Source: Scyliorhinus canicula (lineage: Eukaryota). Taken from it: 64,000 nt of DNA. The stretch is from assembly GCF_902713615.1 (NCBI RefSeq), contig NC_052168.1:11532001-11596000 (forward strand). Reading direction: 5' to 3'. The notes beneath the pieces were generated by a model. It made no database searches. It saw only the letters and a program-made list of their open reading frames with translations, and was not told the origin of the DNA. The position numbers and the translations under genes were made by a program. Positions 61,001 through 64,000 of the stretch are shown here, one piece after another. Numbering within the stretch: the stretch's first letter is position 1; each line of letters opens with the position of its first letter.

Positions 61001-63592
61001 CCAACACAGGGAACATACTCGACCAAACACAGGGAACACACTTGCCCCAATACAGCGAACACTCTCCACACAACATAGGGAACATACTCGACCCAACACA
61101 GGGAACACACTCCACCCAACACAGGGAACACGCTTCACCCAACACAGGGAACACATTCGACCCAATAGAGGGAACACACCCGACCCAATAGAGGGAACAC
61201 ATTTGACCCAACACAGGGAACACCATCGACCTAACATAAGGAACACACTCCACCCAACACAGGGAACACACTGCACTCAACACAGGGAACACACTCGACC
61301 CGACACAGGGAACACACTCGACCCAACACAGGGAACATACTCGACCCAACACAGGGAACATAGGCGACCCAACACAGGGAACACACTCCACCCAACACAG
61401 GGAACACACTCCACTCAACACAGAGATCATACACGACCCAACACGGGGAACACACTCCACTCAACACAGGGATCATACACGACCCAACACAGGGAACACA
61501 CTCCACCCAACACAGGCAACACACTCGACCCAACACAGGGAACACACTCGACCCAACACAGGGAACATACTCCACTCAACACAGGGATCACACACGACCC
61601 AACACAGGGAACACACTCCACCCAACACAGGGATCATACACGACCCAACACAGTGAACACACTCCACCCAACACTGGGAACACACTCCACCCAACATAGG
61701 GAACACACTCCACCCAACACAGCGAACACTCTCCACCCAACACAGGGATCATACACGACCCAACACAGGAAACACACTCGACCCAACACAGGAAACACAC
61801 TCCACCCAACACAGGAAACACACTCGACCCAACACAGGAAACACACTCCACCCGACACAGGAAACACACTCCACCCAACACAGGAAACACACTCCACCCA
61901 ACACAGGAAACACACTCGACCCGACACAGGAGACACACTCCACCCGACACAGGGATCATACTCGACCCAACACAGGAAACACACTCCACCCAACACAGGG
62001 ATCATACTCGACCCAACACAGGGATCATACTCGACCCGACACAGGGAACACACTCCACCCAACACAGCGAACACTCTCCACCCAACGCAGGGAACACACT
62101 CGACCCGACACAGGAAACACACTCCACCCAACACAGGGAACATACTTGATCCAACACAGGGAACACACTCGACCTAACATAGGGAACGCACTCCACCCAA
62201 CACAGGGAACACACTCCACCCAACACAGGGAACACACTCCACCCAACACAGGGATCATACTCGACCCAACACAGGAAACACACTCCACCCAACACAGGGA
62301 TCATACTCGACCCAACACAGGAAACACACTCCACCCAACACAGGGATCATACTCGACCCAACACAGGAAACACACTCCACCCAACACAGGAAACATACTC
62401 CACCCAACACAGGGAACACACACCACCCAACACAGGGAACACACTCCACCCAACACAGGGAACACACTTGACCCAACACAGGGAACACACTTGACCCAAC
62501 ACAGGAAACACATTCCACCCAACACAGGAGACACACTCCACCCAACACAGGGAACACACTCCACCCAACACAGGGATCATACTTGACCCAACACAGGGAA
62601 CATACTCGACCCAACACAGGGAACACACTCGACCCAACACAGGGAACACACTCCACCCAACACAGGGAACACGCTTGACCCGACACAGGGAATATACTCG
62701 ACTCAACACAGGGAACACACTCGACCCAACACAGGAAACACACTCCACCCAACACAGGGATCATACTCGACCCAACACAGGAAACACACTCCACCCAACA
62801 CAGGGAACACGCTTGACCCGACACAGGGAATATACTCGACTCAACACAGGGAACACACTCGACCCAACACAGGGAACACACTCGACCCGACACAGGGAAC
62901 ACACTCCACCCAACACAGGGTACACACTCGACCCAATACAGGGAACACACTCCACCCAACACAGGGATCACACTCCACCCAACACAGGGAACACACCCGA
63001 CCCAATACAGGGAATACACTTAGCCCAACACAGGGAACACACTCCACCCAACACAGGGAACACACTTAGCCCAACACAGGGAACACACTCCACCCAACAC
63101 AGGGAACATACTCGACCCAACACAGGGAACACACTCGACCCAACACAGGGAACACACTTGACCCAACACAGGGAACACACTTAGCCCAACACAGCGAACA
63201 CTCTCCACCCAACACAGGGAACATACTCGACCCAACACAGCGAACACACTCCACCCAACACAGGGAACATACTCGACCAAACACAGGGAACACACTTGCC
63301 CCAATACAGCGAACACTCTCCACACAACATAGGGAACATACTCGACCCAACACAGGGAACACACTCCACCCAACACAGGGAACACGCTTCACCCAACACA
63401 GGGAACACATTCGACCCAATAGAGGGAACACACCCGACCCAATAGAGGGAACACATTTGACCCAACACAGGGAACACCATCGACCTAACATAAGGAACAC
63501 ACTCCACCCAACACAGGGAACACACTCCACCCAACACAGGGAACACACTCGACCCAACACAGGGAACACACTCGACCCAACATAGGGAACAC
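58050..63592 (+). repeat. 23-bp minisatellite (~240 units) with higher-order duplications
   Basis: Consensus ACCCAACACAGGGAACACACTC(G/C); repeats at offsets 276 (12x23) and 2254 (98x23). Confidence 0.97.
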
Positions 63593-63595
63593 GAT

Positions 63596-63730
63596 AAAAG
63601 CAAATTACTGCAGATGCTGGAGTTTGAAACTAAAACAGAAAATGCTGGACAACCTCAGCAGGTCTGACAGCATCTGTGGAGAGAGAACGGAGCTGACGGT
63701 TCGAGTCCAATGACTCTTTGTCAAAGAGGT
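63596..63730 (-). mobile_element. Penelope-like terminal fragment (related copy at ~5087-5230)
   Basis: AAAAGCAAATTACTGCAGATGCTGG...CAGCATCTGTGGAGAGAGAA; decayed hammerhead-like GAGTC-ATTG-GACTC-GAA on the minus strand. Confidence 0.55.
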
Positions 63731-64000
63731 AACACAGACCTCTTTCTGTGCCATTTACTGGATGCGGTCGGACGTAAATTCACCCTGATTGGATGAGCAC
63801 TGTGCGATGTGGCTGGAGGCTCAAATATATTTTACACTGGCGGGATGTGAGTGTTGTTGGCCGGACTGGTGTTCAATCCCCAGCCATGGCTGCCCTGAGG
63901 AATGCTGAGGTGAGTTCCAACTGAACAGCTTTCTCGGTCCGTCCAGCCGGCAGCCTGGAGTCAATCACGTTCGTGTGGGAATGGAGTCACCTATAGGCCA

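Noticed and set aside
58052-63603. Cys/Val-rich and Thr/His-rich repetitive ORFs resembling keratin-associated proteins or mucins
   Set aside because: The 23-bp unit is not a multiple of 3, the same peptide appears in all frames, and there is no gene structure.

Overview
Eukaryotic, repeat-dense genomic DNA, almost certainly from an elasmobranch (shark): it is saturated with HE1/V-SINE-type SINEs and CR1-type LINE fragments. It has two N gaps, at 56523-56749 and 57073-57409. The only host genes I can support are three tandem, intact, 4-exon ferritin genes on the minus strand (CDS spans 2106-5418, 10689-13268 and 18203-21589). Each encodes 176 aa with GT-AG phase-0 introns. All three carry Lys at the ferroxidase ligand position 62 (human H numbering) and Leu at the 4-fold-pore position 173, both as in mammalian L chains. 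They keep E27, H65, E107 and Q141 and lack the extra L-type nucleation glutamates. None has a recognisable iron-responsive element between TATA box and ATG. They share a TATA / ETS-CRE-like / multi-CCAAT promoter and show mosaic paralog relationships. The remaining ~42 kb is mostly transposon debris: several SINE families with swapped 3' tails, two LINE clades, Gypsy remnants and solo LTRs, Harbinger MITEs and Myb-like ORF relics, a hAT MITE, and Penelope-type termini carrying minimal hammerhead ribozyme motifs. The window ends with a (GGGTT/GGGCT)n satellite and a 23-bp minisatellite with 12-mer and 98-mer higher-order duplications. Nearly all other listed ORFs are spurious translations of repeats.
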